Assembly (NCBI GenBank): GCA_964016885.1
Contig: OZ024745.1
Coordinates: 36,704,001 to 36,768,000, forward strand
Reading direction: 5' to 3'
DNA from: Eledone cirrhosa
Taxonomy: Eukaryota
DNA length: 64,000 bases
Shown: piece by piece, positions 13,384-26,519 of the stretch
Position numbering within the stretch: position 1 is the stretch's first letter
Layout: every line of letters begins with the position of its first letter
Position numbers and translations under genes: made by a program
The notes under the pieces: generated by a model
What the model was told of the DNA's origin: nothing
Databases searched by the model: none
The model's input: only the letters and a program-made list of their open reading frames with translations

Positions 13384-13919
13384 GAAATATATGGGCATTT
13401 CTCTGTTTGTCTGTCTGTCCTTCCCTAAAACTCAAATGTAGGTGCTACAGAAATATTACCTTCCTCTTCCTTTCTCCTCGTTGGTACTACCAAGAGAAAC
13501 ACTGTCGCTATAGAAACATTACCTTCCCCTCTCCACTGACTTTGGTCACTGAGGCCGAGGGAATCGCTGGTTGCTATAGAGACACCTTGCACAAGCCAGA
13601 AGTAACCAGTTCGAGGCGGTTCTGACTTGACACCATGCCAAGGACCATTTGAAGATATATTTCCATCGTTATATCATAACGTTTATATTTCCGTCACTAA
13701 TCTCTTTTTCTCCTTTTTCGTTTTAACATATATTTATTTCAAAGATTTCACCGTATAGATAACATATATATTTATACATGCATAAAAGACACACCGAGAG
13801 ACGGTGAACATATATATGTGGTGCCGAAAACATTTCTCATCCAAATCTCAACAATATCTAAACAGTATATACACTAGATTTGCTAGCAGAAAACCGCCCG
13901 CCGGGTGGTTTTCTGCTAG

Positions 13920-14412
13920 TCTATATATATAAAACTGAGGATGTCTGTCTGTGTGTGTGTGTGTGTCTGTGTGTTTGAATCCCTAAAATTCGAGAAGTAC
14001 CCAACCTATTTTTTTCAAACTTTACATGTGTATTACTTATGTTTCAGGGAGTGTTATGCACATAAAAATTCAACTTTTTGATCCCCTAAGGCCCGCATTA
14101 GGTGAAAAGCTGCGTTTTGTCATGTTTTTAGGGGTTTTTTGAGGCGTTACACCAGACCGATTTTCCCGAAATATCTAGGCATATTATGTACATAAAAAAT
14201 TCATTTTCTTGATCCTCTAGGATCCGCATTAGGTGAAAACCTGCATTTTTCCTGCTTCATCGAGGAAAATCTTAAAGATTATCCAGCCATCAGAGAATTC
14301 GGTTTATTTTCTTTACATATTGTCCAGGCATGCAGTTTTTCCACGATTAGGTCTGTTGGCGGGCCGCGTTCCAAAATACCTTATCCCGTGCAACGCCGGG
14401 TACCACTGCAAG
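13920..14412 (+). mobile_element. Non-autonomous Helitron
   Basis: 5' TCTATATATATAAAA, internal ~130-bp direct repeat, 3' hairpin CCCGTGCAACGCCGGG followed by CAAG (degenerate CTAG) and T. Confidence 0.7.
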
Positions 14413-15139
14413 TTATATATATATATATATGTGTGTGATATGATATGCGAGTGTGTGTGTGTATATATATGAGTGTGTAAATAAACAAATAGAACCGTCA
14501 AACGACTAAATCTGAACGTAGATACACATAGAACAAACGCAAAGTAAACAGTGAATGTATTAATATGTAATTTAATAATACAGTCCGAAAACAATACCCC
14601 AAGGGGATAAGACATCGAATACAAAACTGGTAAATAATCCACTCATTAAAACCAAAGCCAAATACTAACTAAATGTCTATACTAGATCTAAGACATCATC
14701 CATAATTCCTACCTGAGGCATCATCCATATTTCCTGACTCATATTCCGAAAACCCAAACACCAACCCGCTCTAAATAGCAATATGGGGGAAATAGACTAT
14801 TTCAAGCTGCAGCTGTCATATTACTCAGTTTCTGTATAATAATTAACAATAAATAATACTTATTATCTGTAGTGATTACGTATGTATATATGTTAAACGC
14901 CAATACGTAAGAACTGCAGTAAAATGATGATATATATTAGTTTAACGCTAGTAGGAAAAGTGTCTTAACATTTCGGATCTTAGTGCATCATCATGGAAGA
15001 ATAATTAGAAAATAAAGAAAACGGAAAGAGTAAAGCAGGTTGAGGAAAAGGCAGGAAACCAGAACGAAAGGGGGAAGGAATGGGGAGTGAAAGGTGAAGT
15101 GCTTCATGAGATATTAGTGTATTGCAAAAAACAGGCTTC

Positions 15140-15280
15140 TGCCTGCCAAATTTTTGTCAAAAGGCATTGCTCAACCTGAGACTATAGAAAAAGATCCTTG
15201 GCCTAGGTACCACGCAGAGGGAATGAACCCGAAATCAGATGGTTGTGAATCGATCTCTTTAACCACATAAATTTCCTGCG
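15140..15280 (-). mobile_element. Second tRNA-derived SINE family, decayed (related copies ~15805-15925 plus and ~47560-47715 minus)
   Basis: Shared motifs CCACGCAG..GG..TGAACCCGAAA and TTCAATTCCACTGCGTGGCA..TTGGGCAAG. Confidence 0.55.
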
Positions 15281-15292
15281 CTTATTTATTTA

Positions 15293-15396
15293 CTAGACCA
15301 CCCGTGACCCGTTGGCTCACGTTCACTTAAAAATAATTTTAAAATACTTAAAATATTCATTGACATAGATATAATGTAAAATGAATTTGGAAGGCT

Positions 15397-15431
<35 letters not shown>

Positions 15432-15779
15432 GGGGGGGGTATGTGACCTATATACATTGGTCACAGTCACACACACATATACACACACTTAGAAGACATT
15501 CCTACTTAGCAGGAAATATTCGCTACTCTCTCAAAACCACTATCTCTGTCTCTCTATCTTTATGAAGCTACTCTCTCACTCTCTCTCTATTTATGAAGGT
15601 ACCCGGAAAAACACCGTATCTCGGTAGCCTGTGCTCCGATTTATGCGAAACTTATTTTATTCCATTTGTATTCCCATTTCAGGGCAACTTCTTTTCAAAG
15701 TATTTTCCCATTATGCGTCCTTTTGGTTGTATTACATTACAGACAAGCACACAATCACAGAGTTTTAGTAGTATATAGA
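15293..15779 (-). mobile_element. Non-autonomous Helitron
   Basis: Minus strand: A|TCTATATACTACTAAAA ... hairpin CGTGAGCCAACGGGTCACG ... GGTCTAG|T. Canonical TC/CTAG ends inserted between A and T. Confidence 0.78.
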
Positions 15780-16804
15780 TAAAATATATTTAAGAATTAT
15801 GATGTTTGAACTTCAATTCCACTGCGTGGCATGTTGGGCAAGAATCCTTTGGCATAATCTTGTGTTGACGCAAGTCTTGTGAGCGAAATTTGAAAGGGAG
15901 AAAACTGTTTTAAGCCAGTCAGATAGTCACTGTGTGATTTAAAGGATCAGTTTTGTCACAGATTCCGTCACACTCAGTCTTATGTATTTATTCATTTCTA
16001 GTTATTTCATGTTTATTTGATAGAGAAACATTCGTTGAATGATTTACGCCGGGTTTTTTATTTATTTATTTATACGAAACATCTTATCTTCATAAAATAG
16101 CATATAAAAGCGTTTCATACAAGGGTACGTCTTATACAAGTACGGAGCACCGTTATTGATAAATCATTGCCAGCATCTTTTATTCTCTTTCTCTGGAAAG
16201 TAGACCGAGGTCATACCGGGACACCACCCACCTATTAGCATATGTATATGGTTTACAAAATGCGAGCAAATTTCAGACGAACAAATTCCAGACGAAAAAG
16301 TTAAAAAGAAGATTCTGTCTTGTCAATCTATTTATCTTTATACATATGTGTCTGGTGTATCTTAGTTGTTGTGTGAGCTAAAACTTAGCAAACTAATATG
16401 ATGATGAAATTATCACTTACTACAAATCTCCACAGTAGAAGAGAAGAAATATATTGTATTTTTGATTCGTCTATCCGTATTAACTATTTATTTATTCATT
16501 TTTTCCTTTATTTATTCATTTATTCCTTTATTTATTCATGTGTTTATTTATTATTCTTATTATTTTTTTTTTTTTTTTTTTTTTTTACTAGTTTTTATTT
16601 TTATTTTTATATTATGTTTTATATGTTTTCCTTTTCATTTTATTTATTGGTAACGTCACTATTATATAGCTACAATAACGCTAAATTGATGTCTTGATAT
16701 GATCAATAGATAACAGTATTATTGTAGAATATCACACGTGTTTCCTGGCATATCTTATTTTCTTCACATAGTAATAACAATATAGTCTAATATATGCGGT
16801 CTAC

Positions 16805-16881
16805 GTAAACATACATACATACATACATACATACATACATACATACATACATACATACATACATACATACATACATACATG

Positions 16882-16974
<93 letters not shown>

Positions 16975-17368
16975 GTATATATATATATATATATACATAT
17001 GTATGTATATGTATGTATGTATACATATGTATGTATATTTATATATATGTATTATGTATATGCATATATATGTATGTATGTATATTTATATATATATATG
17101 TGTATGTATATGTATATATATATATATATACATATACATACATATATATATGTATGTATGTATATGTATGTGTATATATGTATGTATGTGTACATACATA
17201 CATATTGATACGTGTAAAGTCTTTGGATTTCTTTTAACACATCATTCCCCACATATGTCACGAAGATGTCTCAGACGCACGTACAGACACAGCCAAGCAC
17301 ACTTAAACGTGAGTGTGTGGTTCTATATATTCATATTTCGGTTAGTGTGTAGTTTACAAATATAAATA

Positions 17369-17410
<42 letters not shown>

Positions 17411-17480
17411 TGGGTGTGGGTGTGTGGGTGTGCGGGGGGAGGTGTGTGTGTGTGTGTGTGTGTGTGTTTGTGTGTGCTCG
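16805..17480. repeat. Compound (CATA)n/(TA)n/(TG)n microsatellite block
   Basis: Direct reading. Confidence 0.95.
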
Positions 17481-17664
17481 TGGGTGTATCTTTTAAGAAA
17501 AGAGTGCATGATGTTGTATTTATTAATATCTCTTTAAATGTATATGTTTTAATGATAAAAATGATGTGTGTATGTACGTATCTTTGAAGATGTTACACAT
17601 TGTATAGCATATCACATGCATATCTAACAGTAGTTTTGTCACTATCGTATCAGAGACTACATAG

Positions 17665-18207
17665 TTAGTCAATAACAACAGTCAACAACAACAACAACAA
17701 TAGCAGCAGCAGTAGCAACAACAACAGCAAAAACAACAACAACAACAACAACAATAGTAGCAGCAGTAGCAAAAACAACAGCAAAAACAACAACGATAGC
17801 AACAACAACGACGGCAGAAAAAATGACATTAGTGATGACAACAACAACAACGACAACAACAATAGCAATATCAAAAATGACAGCAATAAAACGAGGACGA
17901 TCACAAGGCCAACGACAACAGCAACAACAACAATAACAACAACAACAACAATAACAGTAACAATGACGACAACGACAACCACAGTACAAACAACAATAAT
18001 AACAACAAACCGACAACGACAGCAAGATGAACAACAACAACGACAACAACGACAACAAAAATAACAACACCAACGTCAACAACGACAACAACACCAGCAT
18101 CAACAAGGACAAAAACAACAACAACAACAACAAAAACAACAACATCAACTATGACAACATCAACAACATCAACAATGACAACAACAACAACAACAACATC
18201 AACAATG

Positions 18208-18240
<33 letters not shown>

Positions 18241-18537
18241 ACAACAACAACAACAACAACATTAACAATGACAACAACAACAACAACAACATCAACAGTG
18301 ACAACAACAACAACATCAACAATGACAACAACAACAACAAAACAACAACAACAACAACAACAACAAAACAACAACAACACCAGCATCAACCATGACAACA
18401 ACACCAGCATCAACAATGGCAACAACAACAACAACAACAACAGCAACATCAACAACAACAACAACAGTAACCGCAACAATAACAGTAACAACAACAACAG
18501 CAACATCAACAACAACAGTAACAGCAACAATAACAGT

Positions 18538-18589
<52 letters not shown>

Positions 18590-18810
18590 GTAACAGCAAC
18601 AATAACAGTAACAACAACAACAACAACAGCAACATCAACAATAACATCAACAACAACAACAATAGTAACAGCAACAATAACAGTAACAACAACAACAACA
18701 GCAACATCAACTATAACATCAACAACAACAACAGTAACAGCAACAATAACACTAACAACAACAACAACAGCAACATCAACAATAAGAACAATACCAAAAC
18801 AAAACCATGT
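17665..18810. repeat. Degenerate (CAA)n trinucleotide tract (~1.1 kb)
   Basis: Direct reading; higher-order subunits such as AACATCAACAATGAC. Confidence 0.95.
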
Positions 18811-18904
18811 TAAATGAATACAGAAAAATTAATGAACGAAAAAAAAACAAGAAAACTTATTTCCAGAAAAAGTAATTTTTTCATGTCTGTACCTTGTTGA
18901 TGAT

Positions 18905-20587
18905 ATTGTGCTGTTGTTGTTGTGGGTGTTGGTGATGCTTGTGGTGCTGGTGATGGTGTTGGTGATGGTGATGATGGTGGTGTTGGTGGTGGTGTTGGTG
19001 ATGGTGATGGTGGTGGTGTTGGTGATGGTGATGGTGGTGGTGTTGGTGATGGTGCTGGTGATAGTGATGGTGGTGGTGTTGGTGATGGTGGTGGTGGTGT
19101 TGGTGATGGTGCTGGTGATAGTGATGGTGGTGGTGTTGGTGATGGTGGTGGTGTTGGTGATGGTGCTGGTGATAGTGATGGTGATGGTGGTGGTGGTGGT
19201 GGTAATGGTATTGGCGGTATTGGTTGTGGTGAGGGGGGGGTATTGGTTGTGGTGGTGGTGGTGTTTGTGGTGGTGGTGGTGATAGTTGTGGTGGTTGTGG
19301 TGGTGGTGGTGGTTGTGGTGGTGGTGGTGGTGGTGATCGGTGGTGGTGATGGTGGTATTGGTTGTGGTGGTGGTGGTGATGGTGGTATTGGTTGTGGTGG
19401 TTGTGGTGGTGGTGGTGGTGGTGGTGGTGGTGGTGATGGTGGTATTGGTTGTGGTGGTGGTGGTGGTGGTGGTGGTGATGGTGGTATTGGTTGTGGTGGT
19501 ATTGGTTGTGGTGGTGGTGGTGGTGGTGGTGGTGGTGGTGGTGGTGGTGATGGTGGTATTGGTTGTGGTGGTTGTGGTGGTGGTGGTGGTGGTGGTGGTG
19601 GTGGTGGTGGTGGTGGTGGTGATGGTGGTGATGGTGGTATTGGTTGTGGTGGTGGTGGTGGTGGTGATGGTGGTATTGGTTGTGGTGGGATTGGTTGTGG
19701 TGGGTGGGGGGTATTGGTTGTGGTGGTGGTGGTTGTAGTGGTGGTGGTGATGGTTGTGTTGGTTGTGGTGGTGGTAGTGGTGGTGATGGTGGTATTGATT
19801 GTGGTGGTGGTGGTATTGGTTGTGGTGGTGGTGGTGATATTGGTTGTGGTGGTGGTGGTGGTGGTGGTTGTGGTGGTGGTGATGGTGGTGGTGGTTGTGG
19901 TGGTGGTGGTGATGGTTGTGGTGCTGGTGGTGGTGATGGTGGTATTGGTTGCGGTGATGGTGGTATTGGTTGTGGTGGTGGTGATGGTTGCGGTGGTGTA
20001 GGTGGTGTTGGTGTTGGTTGTGGTGGTAGTGGTGGTGTTGGTGATGGTTGTGGTGGTGGTGGTGGTGGGGATGGTGGTGGTGGTGGTGGTGGTGGTGGTG
20101 GTGGTGGTGGTGGTGGTGGTGGTGGTGATGGTCGTGATAGTGGTGGTGGTGGTGGTGGTGGTGGTGGTGGTGGTGGTGGTGGTGGTGGTGGTGGTGGTGA
20201 TGGTTGTGGTGGTGGTGGTGGTGATGGTGGTGGTGGTGATGATGGTCGTGGTGGTGGTGGTGATGGTGATGGTGGTGATGGTGATGGTGGTGGTGGCGGT
20301 GGTGATGATGGTGATGGTGGTGGTGGTGGTGGTGGTGAAGGTGGTGGTAGTGATGATGGTGGCAGCAGCGGTGACTTCGGCAATGGTGATGATGACGATG
20401 TTGCTTTTGTTGTTATTGTTGTTGTTGTTATTGCCCCTTGTCGGCGTTGATGCTGCAGTTATCGCCATTGTTTCTATTGTCGTTGTTCTTACTACTACTG
20501 TTATTTTTTCCTGATGAAATTGCGGCTGTTGTTATTCTTGCTGCTGTTGCTGCTGCTCCTGCTGCCGTTGTTATTTAATATTAGCTT

Positions 20588-20628
<41 letters not shown>

Positions 20629-20700
20629 TTGTTGTTTTGTTACTGTTGTTTGTTTTTTTGCTGTGTTTAATATTTTGTTGTTTGATGATGTTGTTTCTGT
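18905..20700. repeat. Degenerate (GGT)n tract (~1.5 kb) followed by (GTT)/(GCT)n
   Basis: Direct reading; recurring GATGGTGGTATTGGTTGT subunit. Confidence 0.95.
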
Positions 20701-21159
20701 TTATTTTATGACCTTTTCAAAAAGTTTCTTGCCAACGAAATACAGATGACAATGACAAATAGTATATGCTATGATCTTTTGGTATTCAACCAAGATAATA
20801 GGATTTAATCAATCATTTAAACCGTTTTCAAATTGCTTAACAGAGAATACAGTTCATTTTCTGTTTTATGATTTTATTGTTCATTCACCATCGTTCTATG
20901 AATGTGGTCTGTTTCATGACACGAGTATATAGCCTACTCAGGATGGAGTCTTACTGCAAAGAAATAGATGTTCTAGAAATCGGATGTACAAGCTTCCAAT
21001 TTTATATGGTACCATACAGTTTCGTTATATACTGTATGTTTTTTATATTAAGTATTTTTTACTGTTTTATATATCTGTATATTTGTATTTTCTTCTTTTT
21101 GTGTGTGAACGAACCAACGAAATATGAAAACTTCGGTGTTTCTCTCGTTTTATTTCATT

Positions 21160-21340
21160 AATTGTTTCTACTTTTGACAGGCCAGCAATTTGAAAAGAAA
21201 GGGAAAGTCGATTGAATAGACTCCAGTTTGTTACTCGTACTTTATATTATCCACCCCGTAAGGATGAATGGCAAAGCTAACATAGGTGAGATTTGAACTC
21301 AGAACGTAAATGAGCCTCTGCCTATACTGCCAATCTACCT
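21160..21340 (-). mobile_element. tRNA-derived SINE (older subfamily)
   Basis: CCCCGTAAGGATGAATGGCAAAG...GATTTGAACTCAGAACGTAAA. Confidence 0.7.
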
Positions 21341-21399
21341 TTCATTAATAATAGTATTTGACATGGTCTACGACTCAGTTGCACAGAGGAGAAAAAACA

Positions 21400-22080
21400 T
21401 ACTTTTAAAAAATTAAGTTTTAGTGGAATGTGTAGACGACATGGTGTTATTTAACTCGACAGACGGTGATCTGCCACTTTCACTTGATCGGTTTGATGCC
21501 AAGTAAATGGAGTTCCACTGAAGCAGGTGGAGACGTTCAGGTATCTCGAGGTTGTATTCACGAGTGATGGAAGGCAGGAGGCTGAATTAAGGATAAGAAT
21601 TGCAGGAGCTCGTGTAGTAATGCGCCAGCTTCACCATTCGGTAATCAGAAGAATGGAGGTAGGTGTAAAAGCTAAACTCGCTATCTTCAATTCAGTATTC
21701 GTGCCAACATTTAACTATGGTAATCAATTTTGGGTAATGACCGGAAAAATACGATCGCGAATGAAGCGGCGGAAATGGGGTTCCTCCGAAGGGTCTTTGG
21801 AGTAACGTTACTCGATAGAGTGTGTAGCTTAGAGATCACAGAGTCACTCCAGGTAGAGCTGCTACTTCTCCGAATTGAGAGATCGCAGCTCCGATACTAT
21901 GGGCATGGGGAAAAAATAGCTGGACAGATTTTACGAGCAAAACCAACTGGCAGGAGAGACAGGGGTAGATCCCAATCAGTTTGGTTGAATAATATTCATG
22001 AGTTTGGCTGGTCTCACTTGGGGATCCAGGCGAATTAGTTGGAGACGGTTGCTTCCGACAGAATCCGCTTGAAGGAGAGA
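21400..22080 (+). mobile_element. RTE-clade LINE fragment (RT C-terminus)
   Basis: ETFRYLEVVFTSDGRQEAE..., AEMGFLRRVFGVTLLDRV..IERSQLRYYGH. Same family as 5584-6330. Confidence 0.85.
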
Positions 22081-23429
22081 TTAAGGACTCATCAATGATC
22101 TCACGTGATGTTCCATCAAGGGTTGTATTAGCGTGGTTGGTATTTTTCACCATGGCTTTCGTTTTGTCTATGTTGATTAACAGACTCTACTACTCTGGGT
22201 TGAGAAGCCAACACATCAAATTGTTTTTGACTGCTTTCAAATGCATTCTTCATCTGCATATTCAAGGTCACCAAACCTCTATATGGGATATGTTTTGGAT
22301 TGCCCTACAAGAGTGATAAAGCCAAGATCATTGATGTTGGCATTTCACATCACATAGTAAATCACACAATGAAAAGATCGAGCACCAGTAAATCGCAATT
22401 GGAGAACAACATATGTAATTTCGAATTCATCTCTTAGCCCACCACCAATAATGACTGATGGTGTTGTGTTTTCGTATACGATTATATAATTCTTCAACTA
22501 TTCATCATACCATATTCCAGAACCTCGCCCACTATTCTTCCGCTCTTAAAATAATTTCAGAAACTTGTCCAAATCATTTTACTGATTCTAGCCACTATGT
22601 TTATAATATTTTCAATCTAAGGCAAATTAGCCAGCTCCACTAAAGGAGTTTATTAAAGTTGTGATTACATCTCAGCATCTAGTATATTATTTGTACTTCC
22701 TGTAAATTCATATAGGTAGGTATGCCTTTGTTAAAGGTCGCTGGTAATTGATTAGACTTTTTAATCTCTCTTGGAATCATTGGTAATGATGTGTTAAATT
22801 ATATATATACTATATCAGAAACTGTGAACTCTGAGGGATCGAGGCCGTAAGAATGTCTGAACAACAAATTATTATTTCTAAGATTAGGCTTATATTTTAC
22901 AAATTATTTTATGGAGAAAGAGAAAAATGCTTGAAAGTATTCTTAAAGAAATCTGTTTAGACAATCAGGAACTTCTGAATTGTTTGAACGAGACAGCTTT
23001 TTGAATCATTTGCTTTATTTATAATACATAATTCACAAAACGTAAAATCAATGAACGAATAACAATGATAATGGATCTTTTTCAAGAAAAAGGAAGAATT
23101 TTGATACTTATTCAAGTGTATTTATTATTTTTATTATTAACAAAAATATAATAGACATAGAAATAAATGAAAACATTTTACGAAGTATGTTTAAACAATT
23201 CTTAATATCAATGGTTTTCAAAAGAAAATTGAAAATTTTATAAATAGTATTGTACTTTATAAGCAACATAAAAATAATTAACATCAATGTTTTTGAGCAA
23301 GACAATAGAAATATAACATCATTTATAAAATATATTGTAACTTAATTATATGAAACAAAAATGTAGACATTTATAAAATAAAAAATATCAAAGAAAGTGA
23401 ACTAAACGATAACAGATATTTTAAATCAA

Positions 23430-24500
23430 TTTTGCATTTAGTTGCATTGAGTGTTAATTATAGCAGTACCAGTTTCACAAATAGGAATGCTGCTATAATT
23501 TCACTTAACATAGTACACGACTAAATCCAATGTCCCACACGAGTACTCTGTTGAAAATACTGTTAATAGTATTACTGGAAGATTGTTCAAAGAGACATAT
23601 GTTTCAGGGATGAATTATCCGAATTTCAGAACCTCACTTTCTGCATATTTCTACGACATTTCTGTTGTTAACAGCTCTATTTCAGTATTTTCTAATTCCA
23701 TTCTCGAGTCTATACATTTAGCCTCATATTTAAACTACTTTGTAAATCATTTAGTTACATCTCAAAATGATTCAAACCTATCCACTACAATATTTCAATA
23801 TTTAGGTTGAAACTTGTTTGGCAGTTGTATCGGTGGTGCCCGATCTTTAAATATCCCGAATGGGTTCCATGTATTTAAAGATCGGTCATGTATTTGGAAA
23901 CGTCTAGGAAATATTTAAAAGAGCAATTGTCAACACCTCTTTGAAAAAACGGTTTTGTTTTGTTTGATTTCAATAGCTATTATGTTATCGTCAAAAAGAG
24001 ACAAATTTCATTCAAACGATGACAGAATACTTAAGGACAGAACTATCTCTAAGTCCATGATCATTGTTATATATGTGTAGGCCTATGAACACCGATTTCA
24101 GTAAATTGAAAAATCATGATGTTCTGTAAATTGAGAAATTGTTTTTTTTTTAAACAGTTGGTGAGGTATATTTGGATTATTTGAAGTTCCACAATGTTAA
24201 AGCACGTCTTATCCTTCAGATATTGTCGAACTATTTGGTAAGGCAACAAGGAATCTTAAATAATGCTGATCATCAATAGGTGATGTTTAAAGTTGGTTCA
24301 TATCTGTTGGTTAAATTCATGTGATGGAAGAGTGATAGGTGGTTGCTAGATATGCTTAGATCATATGCTTAGACCAAATACACCAGCAATATTTAAGTAG
24401 ACTTTCAGTAAAATTATGCAGCATTGTGTGAAACTAATAGCTTAAAATTAACTAATAAGAAGTTCCATTGCTGAGGGGAGTATAAAGTTTCAGTTTCCTT
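23430..24500 (-). pseudogene. Possible highly decayed hAT (GTF2IRD2/SPIN-like) transposase remnant
   Basis: Manual minus-strand translation gives ...EIELL...YVSLNNLPVILLTVFSTEYSCGTL..., resembling the hAT dimerisation motif FGSTYxCE. Many stops, boundaries uncertain. Confidence 0.35.
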
Positions 24501-25287
24501 CTCAGGTTACATAAATTTCGCTATGTGCAGAGTGGCAAAGATGTTATTAGAAACCTCGAGCACACAGTGAGGAGCATGATTATAAATACTCCAGATAATA
24601 CTGAGCAAGTCACTTCTAATGTCTATAAGTAAAATTTAAATGGGGAAATACATTTTCCGCTGTCCAAAACCGGAAGCTATATACATACTCAGTGAAAGTT
24701 CCTTTCAAGTTGTTGGCTATGATTCACTGGGATATCAACAGGTGAAATTATGCTCTATAAATTAACTTATTGAATCAACCTATATATCGTTTTGATGTCA
24801 TCAGAAGGTTCAGGAAAGGTATCGTAACGATTTTGTACCTCGAGAGCAAAAGTTTGTTTCGTTTCTGCGTTGGACGTTACAAGCATTCAGACAATTACTT
24901 TCATTGGGTTAGGTGTAGGTGTCATCGGTGTCCTGTCCACTAAAGAAATAGAGTATGGTGAGGAACAAAATGTTCGCGACTACATTCATAGAGATATCTA
25001 GCTTGATCAGAGGATAAACCAAGTTATTTCTCTCTTACTAATTCACTTCGGGATTGGGGATGGAGGATTCTTCATATACACTAAAGTCACTCTTCACTAT
25101 TACCTTGTTATATTGGGGACAGACTTTAATTAAGAAAGCTATTTCGGTATAAATACAAGATTTTTCCAATTATCCCTGCTACTAAATTACTCAGTATGGG
25201 TATGTTTGGAATCGATATCAATGCATACGATACTCTCATTAAGCAGTACTCGCCTATCTTTACGTCTAACCTCAAACTCACTCAATG

Positions 25288-25340
<53 letters not shown>

Positions 25341-25521
25341 GAATGAAAATAGACCGAGAAACGGGACTGTCCATCATCATTTGTCTGCTGATTATCATTG
25401 GTATTTCTTCGCATTAAAGACTAGATACCTAAAATCAGTGCGAGCGATAACTAAATTAAGTTATCGGGACAGAGCGAATTGGAAGGAGAAAGTAAACAAA
25501 CAACATGGTAGTAATGCAACG

Positions 25522-25590
<69 letters not shown>

Positions 25591-25864
25591 TAAAGTATGT
25601 CCATAGAATCATTTGATAAAATATATACACCATTTCCTCTCCCAATTAGCATAATTAACCACATAAAAAAATCAATTAGACCAGGCTATAAGAATAAAAG
25701 CTCCCATGAAGAAATATTTGATAAATAAACGACAGCAGCCTCTTCGCGGCCGACCGCAATAGAATATTTACCCAACATTTCAACAGCATGTAGAAATCGA
25801 CTAAATATACCGTCAACCATACACAATTAGGTATAAATTAGGTGTTTCAGGCTTTCCTGACACA

Positions 25865-26515
<651 letters not shown>

Positions 26516-26519
26516 CATA

